This document shows, in pieces, positions 45,323 to 55,900 of a DNA stretch of 64,000 nt. The position numbers were made by a program, and so were the translations under genes. Under the pieces are notes generated by a model. That model searched no databases. It was not told the origin of the DNA and was given only the letters and a program-made list of their open reading frames with translations. Every line of letters begins with the position of its first letter. Position 1 is the first letter of the stretch. Origin of the DNA: a virus; IMG/VR virus record IMGVR_UViG_3300045988_180880, positions 160,001 through 224,000 of that record, one strand, 5' to 3'.

Positions 45323-45814
45323 ATGAAACAGTTTGATATTTATACTGACGGATCTCACCTAGACAAACAAAATAATGGAAGACTTGGTATCGGAGGAGTT
45401 CTTATTGACCCTACCGGACCTGGAATGGGAACTATGCTTAATAAATTCTCAATTGAATTAACTCCTGAATATATGAATTTATCTTTTGGAGCTCAGAAGT
45501 GTAGCAATCCTAGTGCGGAGTTAGTAGCAGTTTTACATGCTTTATATGAATTTCGTGGTTCTTGGGGTCCGAATGATATTGTAGTAGTCCATGCAGATTA
45601 TCTTGGTGTTCGAGAATGGATGACTGGTAATTGGAAAGTAAAAGAACCATACATTGCTCGAATTAAAGGTGATATTGATAAAGAAATAATTAAACAGGGT
45701 TTACAAAGAAGAATTGAGTATAAGTGGGTAAAGGGACATCAGAAAAATAATGGTGTTGATGCCGATATATACTGGAATAACTATGTAGATTCTCTAGCTA
45801 AAGGCAAAGGATAA
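45323..45814 (+). CDS. rnhA: ribonuclease H (RNase HI family)
   Basis: IYTDGSH, NPSAELVAVLHAL, VVVHADY and a C-terminal VDSLAK fit the DEDD arrangement. Confidence 0.8.
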   Translation: MKQFDIYTDGSHLDKQNNGRLGIGGVLIDPTGPGMGTMLNKFSIELTPEYMNLSFGAQKCSNPSAELVAVLHALYEFRGSWGPNDIVVVHADYLGVREWMTGNWKVKEPYIARIKGDIDKEIIKQGLQRRIEYKWVKGHQKNNGVDADIYWNNYVDSLAKGKG

Positions 45815-45815
45815 A

Positions 45816-46340
45816 ATGTTGAATAGTTGTAGAAACTCAAGAATTGTAGGTCCTTCTGGAATTTGGGAATATGAACAGTTGATCGGTGCTAAGGTAAAAG
45901 TTAGTTCATTACCTGTTAGTAATTTCTTTGGTTGTTTCTCAGGTGGAGGAAGTAATGATCTATTAACTATTAAAGATATTTATTTTAGAATATCTCTTGA
46001 TGGAAAAACTATAACAGTGATCGAATTAACCGAGTATCCAGGGAAAATATTTACTTGGAAAGATTTGGAAATTATCGAGCTTAATGTTATTAGTAAGTTT
46101 AAAGCTGTATGTGGAACTTTCTTATCTAATCAATCAATTTGTGGATATGGAGTTGATACTGAAGCTTCTTGGATAAAAGATATGTCAAATGGAATAGCTT
46201 TTATCGATGAAAAGGGAAATATAATAACTAATCGTATAGTGAGAATCGTTGGAGCAAATGTAGAGGATATTAATACCGATACAAATGAAATTACAGATAT
46301 AGATGTAAACTTCAATGGTGATATACTAGATAAAAGATAA
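45816..46340 (+). CDS. hypothetical protein
   Basis: 174-aa ORF. Confidence 0.7.
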   Translation: MLNSCRNSRIVGPSGIWEYEQLIGAKVKVSSLPVSNFFGCFSGGGSNDLLTIKDIYFRISLDGKTITVIELTEYPGKIFTWKDLEIIELNVISKFKAVCGTFLSNQSICGYGVDTEASWIKDMSNGIAFIDEKGNIITNRIVRIVGANVEDINTDTNEITDIDVNFNGDILDKR

Positions 46341-46345
46341 TAAAA

Positions 46346-46924
46346 ATGGCACAATCACAGTTAACAAGATTTGAATGTATTTATGCCAATCGAGATGAAG
46401 CACTTAAGGCTCTCTCATGTGCATCTAGACAATATGCTGAATTAGTTGCTGTAAGATATTATAATGAAGTTGAAGATGTTTGTATTCTTTTAGTAATTTT
46501 TAAGAGTGCAGACTTAGGTGATTTTGACATTGTTTCAGATACTATGGAATTAAGTCAAGGTCCTAGAATATTTACAGCAAAAAAACAGTCAGAGGAACAA
46601 TCAGATCAGGAGTGTATCTTGATTGCGTTGTTTGGTGAAAAACCTAAGAATGGAGATGTAGTAATCCTGACTTCTTATGATGGTACTACTTCCATTACTT
46701 ATACAATGATCGGAGGACAGTGGATAAAAACTGGTGGAACTACTGCAGATGGACTTGGAATTATATTTGAAGATTCTAATACCATCGATTTTACAATGAG
46801 TCCTGGTCCTACTGAATCTAAGAAAACATTAACCGCTGATGTAAAATTGGATAATAATAATTTGATTTATGATGAGAAGGTTGATGGAATTCGTATTAAT
46901 AAAATCTATGGAGGAACATTCTAA
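46346..46924 (+). CDS. hypothetical virion-module protein
   Basis: 192-aa ORF at the head of the fibre region. The call rests on position only. Confidence 0.6.
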   Translation: MAQSQLTRFECIYANRDEALKALSCASRQYAELVAVRYYNEVEDVCILLVIFKSADLGDFDIVSDTMELSQGPRIFTAKKQSEEQSDQECILIALFGEKPKNGDVVILTSYDGTTSITYTMIGGQWIKTGGTTADGLGIIFEDSNTIDFTMSPGPTESKKTLTADVKLDNNNLIYDEKVDGIRINKIYGGTF

Positions 46925-47110
46925 ATGAAAAAAGTAAGAAGCCCGAAAGATATAAAAGTGATCTCCGGACGTTCTGCTAGAAATACAGCTCCTTTTGTTG
47001 GAAGACTTGGTAAACCTCTTAATCCGGGGGCTCTAAAATTTAAGCAGAGTAATATTCCAGGAGGAGATATATTTAATGATTATCTCTTAGATTTAATGAA
47101 ATTAAAATAA
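46925..47110 (+). CDS. hypothetical small basic protein
   Basis: 61-aa ORF that starts immediately after the upstream stop. Confidence 0.55.
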   Translation: MKKVRSPKDIKVISGRSARNTAPFVGRLGKPLNPGALKFKQSNIPGGDIFNDYLLDLMKLK

Positions 47111-47120
47111 GAAAAATATT

Positions 47121-47483
47121 ATGGACTTGCTTGATAGAACTGATGTTAGTAATAAAAATCCTGGGGATTCATTAACTAGTGCTGATATCAATAGTATAAA
47201 TAATACTGTTAATGCTGCAGTTAGTTATATAAATGAAAACTTAAAAGATTTTTGTAATGCTAATGCTGAAATAAATAATTATGAAAGAAAATTAACTCTT
47301 TCGGGAGCAATTAGATTAGTACCTGAAGCAAGACGACGTAGCGGATTGAAAATTAGATTTCTTGGTAGTGAAGGTGCATATTCAGAATATATTTATAAAG
47401 GACCAGATGCTGATGAATCTAATTGGGCTAATGAAGATAATTGGAAATCTCCTTGCAACATTATTGACGGAGGAGAGTGGTAA
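47121..47483 (+). CDS. hypothetical protein
   Basis: 120-aa ORF. Confidence 0.65.
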   Translation: MDLLDRTDVSNKNPGDSLTSADINSINNTVNAAVSYINENLKDFCNANAEINNYERKLTLSGAIRLVPEARRRSGLKIRFLGSEGAYSEYIYKGPDADESNWANEDNWKSPCNIIDGGEW

Positions 47484-47504
47484 GTTTAAATAATAACATA
47501 AATT

Positions 47505-47885
47505 ATGAAAAATAGTTATATAAAAACTACATGGATTGATAATAAAACTCCTGTTAATGCGGCTAATTTAAATAAGATCGAGAGTGCTTTATCAGATCTT
47601 TATACTAACGCTCTTAGTTCTTCTGAGATTTTAGAAGGAGATGGTATTAGAATTACTAATACTAGTTGTCAGTCAGATTGTTACGGTAATACTACAAAAG
47701 GTATTCAATTTTCTGTATCAGATCGTGTAATGCAATCTGATTCTTGTAAAGGTGTTGATATTGTAACAAATACCTTGGATATCCTTCAATTTGAAAAGGA
47801 TAGATTATACCTATTCTTAGATCCAGAGAGAAAAACTTTGGTTAAGATGGTAATAAACGGAGTTACTATTTTTGAAGTGAAATAA
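47505..47885 (+). CDS. hypothetical protein
   Basis: 126-aa ORF. Confidence 0.65.
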   Translation: MKNSYIKTTWIDNKTPVNAANLNKIESALSDLYTNALSSSEILEGDGIRITNTSCQSDCYGNTTKGIQFSVSDRVMQSDSCKGVDIVTNTLDILQFEKDRLYLFLDPERKTLVKMVINGVTIFEVK

Positions 47886-47887
47886 TA

Positions 47888-48487
47888 ATGAGATGGAACG
47901 ATAAAAACGGATACATCACATATAAACAAGCTCTTCAAAATATTAAATCATGTCTAGGGATAGCTAAGATAGATTATTCTATGAGATGTGAATTAGCTCC
48001 GTATATCACATATATCTTAAAATATATATCAGATAGATTAACTTTACTTCCAGAAGGATCAGATGTCAAAACTTATATTCAAGAGTTTTTTGATATTCGA
48101 GATCATGGTGAAGCTAAGATTGTATTTTATGCTGTAGATGAACTTAGATGTGAACTTGGAATTGATAATGGTGAAATATACGTTGAAGGTTCTGAGATTC
48201 CATACAATGAGGATAGATTTATTTATGCATGGAGTAATGTTTTGACTGCTATGTTAGTTAGAATTTTATTCCAGTATCAAAATCTTCTAGCTCAACCCGA
48301 ATCTAATGACTGCCCTTGTAATAATGAATGTGGAAGAGGACAGACTACAGCGGATTACGAATCTTGGAGTTCTGGTGTTTATCCAGAAGATGAAAGTTAT
48401 TCTTACTATAATTATAAAGAAGTAAACAATACGGAATGGAGAACTAATAATGATGTTCCGGAGTGTACAAAATGTCTAAGACAATGA
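47888..48487 (+). CDS. hypothetical protein with a Cys-rich C-terminus
   Basis: 199 aa, with ..CPCNNECGRGQ....PECTKCLRQ. Confidence 0.7.
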   Translation: MRWNDKNGYITYKQALQNIKSCLGIAKIDYSMRCELAPYITYILKYISDRLTLLPEGSDVKTYIQEFFDIRDHGEAKIVFYAVDELRCELGIDNGEIYVEGSEIPYNEDRFIYAWSNVLTAMLVRILFQYQNLLAQPESNDCPCNNECGRGQTTADYESWSSGVYPEDESYSYYNYKEVNNTEWRTNNDVPECTKCLRQ

Positions 48488-49944
48488 GTGATATAATTGT
48501 AAAAAATCAACTTCCTGAACCAACCGTAATTATTCTTAAAAATTCGGTAGAACAGGGAAAGATGCCTACTCCAGAACAGCTTGAAGTAGGTGAATTAGGT
48601 TTAGGTCTTCATGCCGGAGAGGAAAGTATATGGGTCAAAAATTCTGATGGTGTAGTTGTAGATCTTAGAGTTCCTAGAGTTGATAATTTTTGGGGTGATT
48701 TTCTCCTTGAATATGAAACTCTTGAGGAATTTAATGCAGATCTAGAAGCCGGAAAAATTAGTGATACTTCGATAGCTTTCATCAAAGGATCTAGACAGGC
48801 TTGGACTAAAGGAACTTTCTTCGCATTATCGGAGGAAGAAATAAATAAACTGATCGATAGTAAAGTATTGTTATTCCCAAGTATGACTTCTGAGTTAACA
48901 TCAGAAAGTACATCTGAAGAAATAGCAGAAATTTTTGGTGGAGCAGAGAATTTTGTTAAGCTTACTGAAAAGATTAAAGATCAGATTTCAATTGCGTCTT
49001 TAAGAGTAGATTCTGGGAAAGCGATAGTTCCTGTATCTATTCAATCTAGTATTATAGAGTGTGAAACTCAGTGTAAAAATGTATTAGTTCTAGAGTGGAT
49101 TTATTCAGGGAAATATTATTCAGAAAAGATTATCCTGAATAGTTTTACATCTGAATTCTCAGTTGAAAGAGAATTTACAGAATCTACTTTTATTGAGGTA
49201 GTAGAAAAAATAGATGAGCTTTTTAATACAAACTTAGAACTTGTAGAACCTAAGATTAATGGAACTTGGGATTTCTATAATAATGCATTCGAACCTATAA
49301 CAATTACTCCAAGTCCAAATAAATATAATCCTGTAATTGAAAATGGATATAAGGCTGTTTTCAAAGGAGTTTATACATGGACAAGTGAAGATGGAAAGAA
49401 AGATCCTACTGGAGTTGTTAAGGGTTCATTCTGGGATACTCTTACAGGTACTGATGTTAGTTCTGATATAGTAACTAGTCCTTATTATACAGAAGATGCT
49501 ACTATTTCTATTAAACTTGAAGCTCCTAAGACTGGTTTTATGGTTAGAGGAGAAGATGTTGTTAGAAGTACTGGCGTTTATGATTATACAGAAGATACTA
49601 GATCAGTAACATTCGCACATAGATTATTCTATGGTGTATCTACTAAGGGAAAAGACTTAGTAGAGTATGATATTAAATCTCTGAAAACATCTGAATTAAT
49701 TACTGAACATCCTAAAAAGACTCTAGAACATTTTTCTACAGAAATGGATGAATATGCTATTTTTGCTTATCCTAAAGTTCTTGGTGAGTTAGATAGTATT
49801 TATCAGGATGGAATTCGTGTAATTAAGGCATTTAACAAAGTAGAATTAGAAATCACTAATGGTGCTGGTGTAGTAATAGATTATATAGTTTATGTTACTA
49901 ATAATCCAGGTGCTTTTACTGATGTTGAGTTAGAATTTAAATAA
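48472..49944 (+). CDS. fibre-associated protein (cassette 1 upstream gene), paralog of 58604..59584
   Basis: The C-terminal part matches 58604..59584 (EAPKTGFMVRGEDVV / SAPKKGFMVSGSSVV; ITNGAGVVIDYIVYVTNNPGAFTDVELEFK / VTNGAGVNIVYYVYTSKYKGAFQNVKLDFK). The start is uncertain (GTG 48463, ATG 48472 or ATG 48484). Confidence 0.7.
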   Translation: MSKTMSDIIVKNQLPEPTVIILKNSVEQGKMPTPEQLEVGELGLGLHAGEESIWVKNSDGVVVDLRVPRVDNFWGDFLLEYETLEEFNADLEAGKISDTSIAFIKGSRQAWTKGTFFALSEEEINKLIDSKVLLFPSMTSELTSESTSEEIAEIFGGAENFVKLTEKIKDQISIASLRVDSGKAIVPVSIQSSIIECETQCKNVLVLEWIYSGKYYSEKIILNSFTSEFSVEREFTESTFIEVVEKIDELFNTNLELVEPKINGTWDFYNNAFEPITITPSPNKYNPVIENGYKAVFKGVYTWTSEDGKKDPTGVVKGSFWDTLTGTDVSSDIVTSPYYTEDATISIKLEAPKTGFMVRGEDVVRSTGVYDYTEDTRSVTFAHRLFYGVSTKGKDLVEYDIKSLKTSELITEHPKKTLEHFSTEMDEYAIFAYPKVLGELDSIYQDGIRVIKAFNKVELEITNGAGVVIDYIVYVTNNPGAFTDVELEFK

Positions 49945-49952
49945 ATAGTACA

Positions 49953-52900
49953 ATGGCGTTAAATTTTGCAGATAGATTAGTGTCCAACAATCCTAGTGCA
50001 TATGGAATTGTTAGAGCTATAGAAGTTAGTGGACACAAAACAGTATCTTCTCTTTCAGCATTGTATAAAATTCCCGACTGTATTCTTTCTGATACAGGGG
50101 ATAATTCTGGTAATGATTCTCTTGGACAATTGTGGTATGTAATTGATGCCAGAGAAGTTTATCAGCTTGTTAATTGGGAAAAAAGAAATGAAGCTGGAGG
50201 ATGGAAACCATACTTATCTGGAGTAATTACAGATGAAGCACTGGAAGAGATATTAAAGACTAAGCAAGATAAATTGATAGCCGGAGAAGGGATTAGTATC
50301 AGTGAGGATAATGTAATTTCTTGCACTATAGATACATCACTTTTCAGAATGGTGGATGAGCTACCTTCTTTGGAGGAAGCAGAGACAAATAAAATTTATC
50401 TTCTTAGAAAAGAAAATAATATCGGAGAACTTCAGAGTTATACTGAATATATAGTAACTATTAAGGTTGACGAAGAAGGGAAAGAAATAAAAGAATGGGA
50501 AAAGATCGGTGAATATGATTTATCTATTGAACTTGCTCCCTATCTTAAAATAGAAGATGCAGAAAAGACTTACGTAAAGAAGGAAAACATCGTAGATTCA
50601 TTCGAAGGTGGTGATCCTAAAGAGCAAGTTTTATCTGCTGAAAAAGGAAAAGAACTTAAAGGACTTATTGATTCTCTTGAAGAAAGAAAAGTTGATAGTG
50701 TAACTGCTACTCCTGGAAAAGGAATCATAGTAGAAGGTACTCATAACGATCCTACTATTGGTGTTCTTCGTGATCCTGAGTCTGAAGGATTTTTTACAAT
50801 CGAAGAAACAGGTCTTAAACTTAGTGGTGTTCAGGATGCTATTGATGAAGCAGTTGGTGAATTAACTGATAGAGTAGAACTTGAATCTGATGTAGTCTAT
50901 AATATCAATGAAATATTTCCAGGTGAAGGTAAGGGAGAAAATGGAGATCAGTGGCACATCCAATATGCTGCTGCTAAATTAGATGCTTTCCTTCCAGCTG
51001 AAAAGAAAGTTCCAGGTATAAAAGTTAAGTTTATTAACTTAGACGGTAACTGGAGAACTTTCACTTTCAATGGTGGATATTTCTTGGATGGTAGAAACTG
51101 GAGTTATGATATCACTTCTAATGACTTCACTGAATTAGCTACAGAAAATCTTCCAACAGCTACTCCAGAATCAAATGGAGTAATGTCAAAAGAAGATAAA
51201 GCTAAACTTGATGGAATTAGTGAAACTATCAATAAAGATGTAGATGATAAGATTGCAGAAGTTAAAGAGACAATCGATAACTATACTGTAAATGGTTATA
51301 AAATTTCCACAAATCCATCTTTAGATAGAAATGATATCGGTCTTGGAAATGTTACTAATGACGCTCAGATAAAACGCTCTGAAATGGGTGTTCCTAAGGG
51401 TGTTGCTACTCTTGGAGAAGATGGTAAAGTTCCGGAATCACAACTTCCAGATTCAGTTCTTGGAAATGTTAAATATCAAGGAGTTTGGGATGCAGTTAAT
51501 AATGTTCCTAAACTTGAACTTAACGATTTTGATTCCAATGGTCATTACTATATAGCTATTAATAAAGGCTCTCAATTTGGATATGATTTTGATCCAGGTG
51601 ATTGGGTAATTAATAGTAATGGTAGATGGGTTAAAATTGATAATGTAGATTCAGTTAAGTCTGTAAATGGTCAGATCGGAATTGTTGAATTAGGTATAGA
51701 GGATATTCCTAATCTTAAGGAAACTCTAGATTCTAAAGCAACTAATGATGATTTCAATAGACACTTAACAGACTATAAGAATCCTCACAAGGTTACTAAA
51801 GATCAAGTAGGTCTGGGTAATGTAGATAATACAGCAGATAAGGATAAACCTGTTTCTGATGCTACACAGGCATTAATTGATCAAACAAGAACCGTACTAG
51901 AAAATAAAATTTCTGAATTACAAACTAATACTGAGGCAGACTTAGAAGTATTTAGATCAGAATTTGAGAATAAATTAGCCGAACTTGCTGCTAAAGAAGA
52001 AGCTGATATTGTTGCTGTTAATAATAGTCTGAAGGAAGCAAAGACAGAACTTCAGAATAATATTGATAACTTAGCATCAAAGACAGAAAATGATTTAACA
52101 GTTGCTAAGAAAGAGTTGGATAATAAGATCTCTGAATTATCAACTAAAACAGAATCTGATCTTTCTACTCTTAGAGCTGACTTAGAATCTAGTATTTCTG
52201 TAACTAAAACAGAGCTTGAGAAGAGTATATCTGAATTGGCATCTAAAACAGAAAATGATCTTAATACTGCTAAATCAGAACTTGAAAAAGCTATATCAGA
52301 CCTAACTGCTAAAGAAGAAGCTGATATTGTTGCTGTTAATAATGCTCTTTCTGAAGCTAAGAAAGAATTAGAAAACAGTATCTCTAGTTTAGCATCTAAG
52401 ACAGAAAATGATCTTAGTTTAGCAACAAAAGATTTGAATAATAAGATCTCTGAATTAGCTACTAAAACAGAATCCGATCTTTCTACTCTTAGAGCTGACT
52501 TAGAATCTAGTATTTCCGTAACTAAGACTGATCTAGAATCTAAGATCACTGAATTAGCAACTAAGACTGATGCTAAATTCCAAGCAACTGATTCTAAGAT
52601 TGAAGCAACTAAGACAGAGCTTCAAACTAATATTGATAACCTATCTCATCGTCATGATGATGATATGAAAGATATTAGAAGAGAAATCGAAGAGGCTACT
52701 GCTGGTTCTAATGAAGCACTTAATACACACATCCAAGATAAGAGTAATCCTCATCAAGTAACTAAAGAACAGGTAGGTCTTGGTAATGTTACAGATGATG
52801 CACAGGTTAAGCGTTCCGAAATGGGTATGCCAGAAGGAGTTGCTACACTTGATGCAACCGGAAAAGTGCCTTCATCTCAATTACCTAGTTTCGTAGATGA

Positions 52901-55900
52901 TGTAATCGAAGTAGATTCATTTGACTTACTTCCTGAAACTGGTGAAACTGGTAAGATCTATGTAACTAAGGATACTAACTTGACTTATAGATGGTCAGGC
53001 TCTCAGTATGTAGAAATTTCTGAATCACTTGCACTTGGAGAAACGTCTAGTACAGCTTACCCAGGAGACAAAGGTAAAGCTACTACAGACAAGGTTAATG
53101 CTCATACTTCAGACTACAATAATCCTCATAAAGTAGATAAAGCTCAGGTAGGTCTTGGAAACGTTGATAATACAGCTGACCTCGATAAACCAGTATCTAA
53201 TGCTACACAGGAATTAGTAGATAATACTAAGAAAGAGCTAGAAGAAAAGATTAATAACTCAGGAAACGACTTACAAGATAACATTGATAAGATTGACGAG
53301 AGAGTTACTAATATTGAAGATTCTATTGCTCAGCCTGGTGGTTTAGCTACTCTTGATGATGCCGGAAAAGTACCTCTAGAACAATTGCCAAGTTTAGTAG
53401 ATGATGTAATTGAAGTAGACTCTTTCGAACATCTACCTGAAGCTGGAGAAGTTGGAAAAATCTATGTTACTAAGGATACTAATCTTCTTTATCGTTGGAC
53501 AGGGGTTAAATATGTAGAAGTATCAGAATCTCTCCACTTAGGTGAAACGGCTGATACTGCTTATGCGGGAGATAAAGGCAAGGAGACAACTGATAAGGTT
53601 AATTCTCATATCTCAGACTTCAATAATCCGCATAAAGTTACAGCCGAACAAGTAGGCTTAGGTAATGTTGATAATACTTCTGATATCAATAAACCTGTTT
53701 CTACCGCACAACAAGAAGCTTTAGATGCAGTTAAGACCGAACTTGAGGAGAAAATTAATAACTCTGGTAGTGATCTTCAAGGTAATATTGATAAGATTGA
53801 CGAGAGAGTTACTAATATCGAAAACTCAGTAGGTGCTCCTGATGGTATAGCTACACTTGATTCCGAAGGTAAATTAGAAGTTTCACAGATCCCTAACGAA
53901 GCTCTGAATGTTATCGAAGGTAAGTATATGACTGAAACTCAATTTACTGATTCTGAAGGTGTAGAGTTTATTCCAAGACATAATACTATTTATATTGATA
54001 GTATCGGTGGTTCGAATAAACTTTATCGCTGGGATGGATTCAAGTATGTAGAAGTATCAGATTCAGATAATGTTACAGAAGCTATTGACAATCACATCAA
54101 AGATTTCAATAATCCACATAAAGTAACAGCCGAACAAATTGGGCTTGGAAACGTAGATAATACAGCCGATATTGATAAGCCAATATCTACTGCTGTTCAA
54201 GAAGCTTTAGATACTGTAAACACTAAAGTAACTGAACACACTGAGAATAAAGAAAATCCTCATGGTGTTACAGCAGAACAAATTGGCTTAGGAAATGTAG
54301 ATAATACGGCTGATTATGATAAACCTGTTTCTAAGGCTACTCAAGATGAAATCGATAGAATTGACGGTCGTATTGATACAATCGATAATTCAATTGGTGT
54401 TCCTAGTGGTATTGCAACTCTTGATGGCAATGGTAAATTAACAGATTCTCAAATACCAGACAAGACGATTAATGTTCTTGTAGGTAAACTTATGAGTGAA
54501 ACAGAATTCAAGGACGAAGAAGGTAATACTTATGAACCTAGAACTGGAGTAATTTATATTGATACTGTTTCTGGTACTGAGAAAATATATAGATGGAATA
54601 AATATGAATATGTAGAGATTTCAAATACAGAATTACTTGAAGGTGCATTAAATTCTCACGTTCAGGATAAGAATAATCCTCATCAAGTAACCAAAGAGCA
54701 GATTGGGTTAAGTGAAGTAACAAATGATGCTCAAGTTAAGAGATCAGAAATGGGAACTCCGGAAGGTGTTGCTACTCTTAACGAAAATGGTAAAATTCCT
54801 GTGGAACAACTTCCAGGACAAGTTGATGAAGTATTTGGAATTGATCGTTTCGTATCAACAAAAACAGATATTCCTTCTTCTAGATTAGTAATTGGTTCCA
54901 CTTACTATGTAGAAGATGAGAAGAAAATATATACAGCAATTTCTGAAACGGAATTAGATGAAGGTGCTACTCCTGATAAAGGTGTAATCTATTCTAATCG
55001 AGAAACTAATATAATCTATCGTTGGGATGGTGCTGAATTAGTAGAAATTGGTAACCCTATTCATCTTGGTGAAGTAGCTGGAACTGCATATCCTGGAGAT
55101 AAAGGTAAGGCTACTACAGATAAAGTTAATGCTCATGTGGCTGACTTTGAAAATCCTCACCAAGTAACTAAAGAACAGATCGGTCTTGGAAATGTAGATA
55201 ATACTTCTGATGCTGATAAGCCTATTTCTAGTGCAGTCCAGGAAGCTTTAGATGCTGTTAATAAAGAAGTTTCAGAACATAAAGCTGATAAGAATAATCC
55301 TCATGAGGTAACAAAAGCTCAGGTAGGTTTAGGAAATGTAGATAATACTGCAGACCTTGATAAACCAGTATCTAATGCTACACAGGAATTAGTAGATAAT
55401 ACTAAGAAAGAGCTTGATACTAAGATAGATAATCATACTTCAGACTTTAACAATCCTCATAAGGTAACAAAAGAACAAGTAGGACTAGGGAATGTTGATA
55501 ATACAGCTGATATTAATAAGCCTGTATCTGTAGCACAACAAGCTTTAGTAGATTCTACAAAGGCAGAGTTGAAGAAAGATATTGGTGATATTGAAAAAGA
55601 TGTTACTAATCACATAGCTGACAAGAATAATCCTCATGAAGTAAATAAACTTCAGGTAGGTCTTGGAAATGTTGATAATACATCAGATATCAATAAACCT
55701 GTATCTATTGCACAACAAGCTGCTTTAGATAAACTTAAGAGTGATCTTGAATCTATTATAGGTTCTACAGGAACAGATCTTAGTGCTCACTTGAAAGACT
55801 TTGATAATCCTCATAAGGTTACTAAAGATCAGGTTGGACTTGGTAAGGTGGATAACACTGCTGACCTTGAAAAACCTGTCTCTGTAGCAACTCAAGAGGC

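Noticed and set aside
52052-52549. 165-aa minus-strand ORF inside the giant fibre gene
   Set aside because: It is antisense to the duplicated coiled-coil region. Its translation is low-complexity (S/L/V/A repeats) and mirrors the sense-strand repeats. The sense frame is unbroken for 2883 codons.
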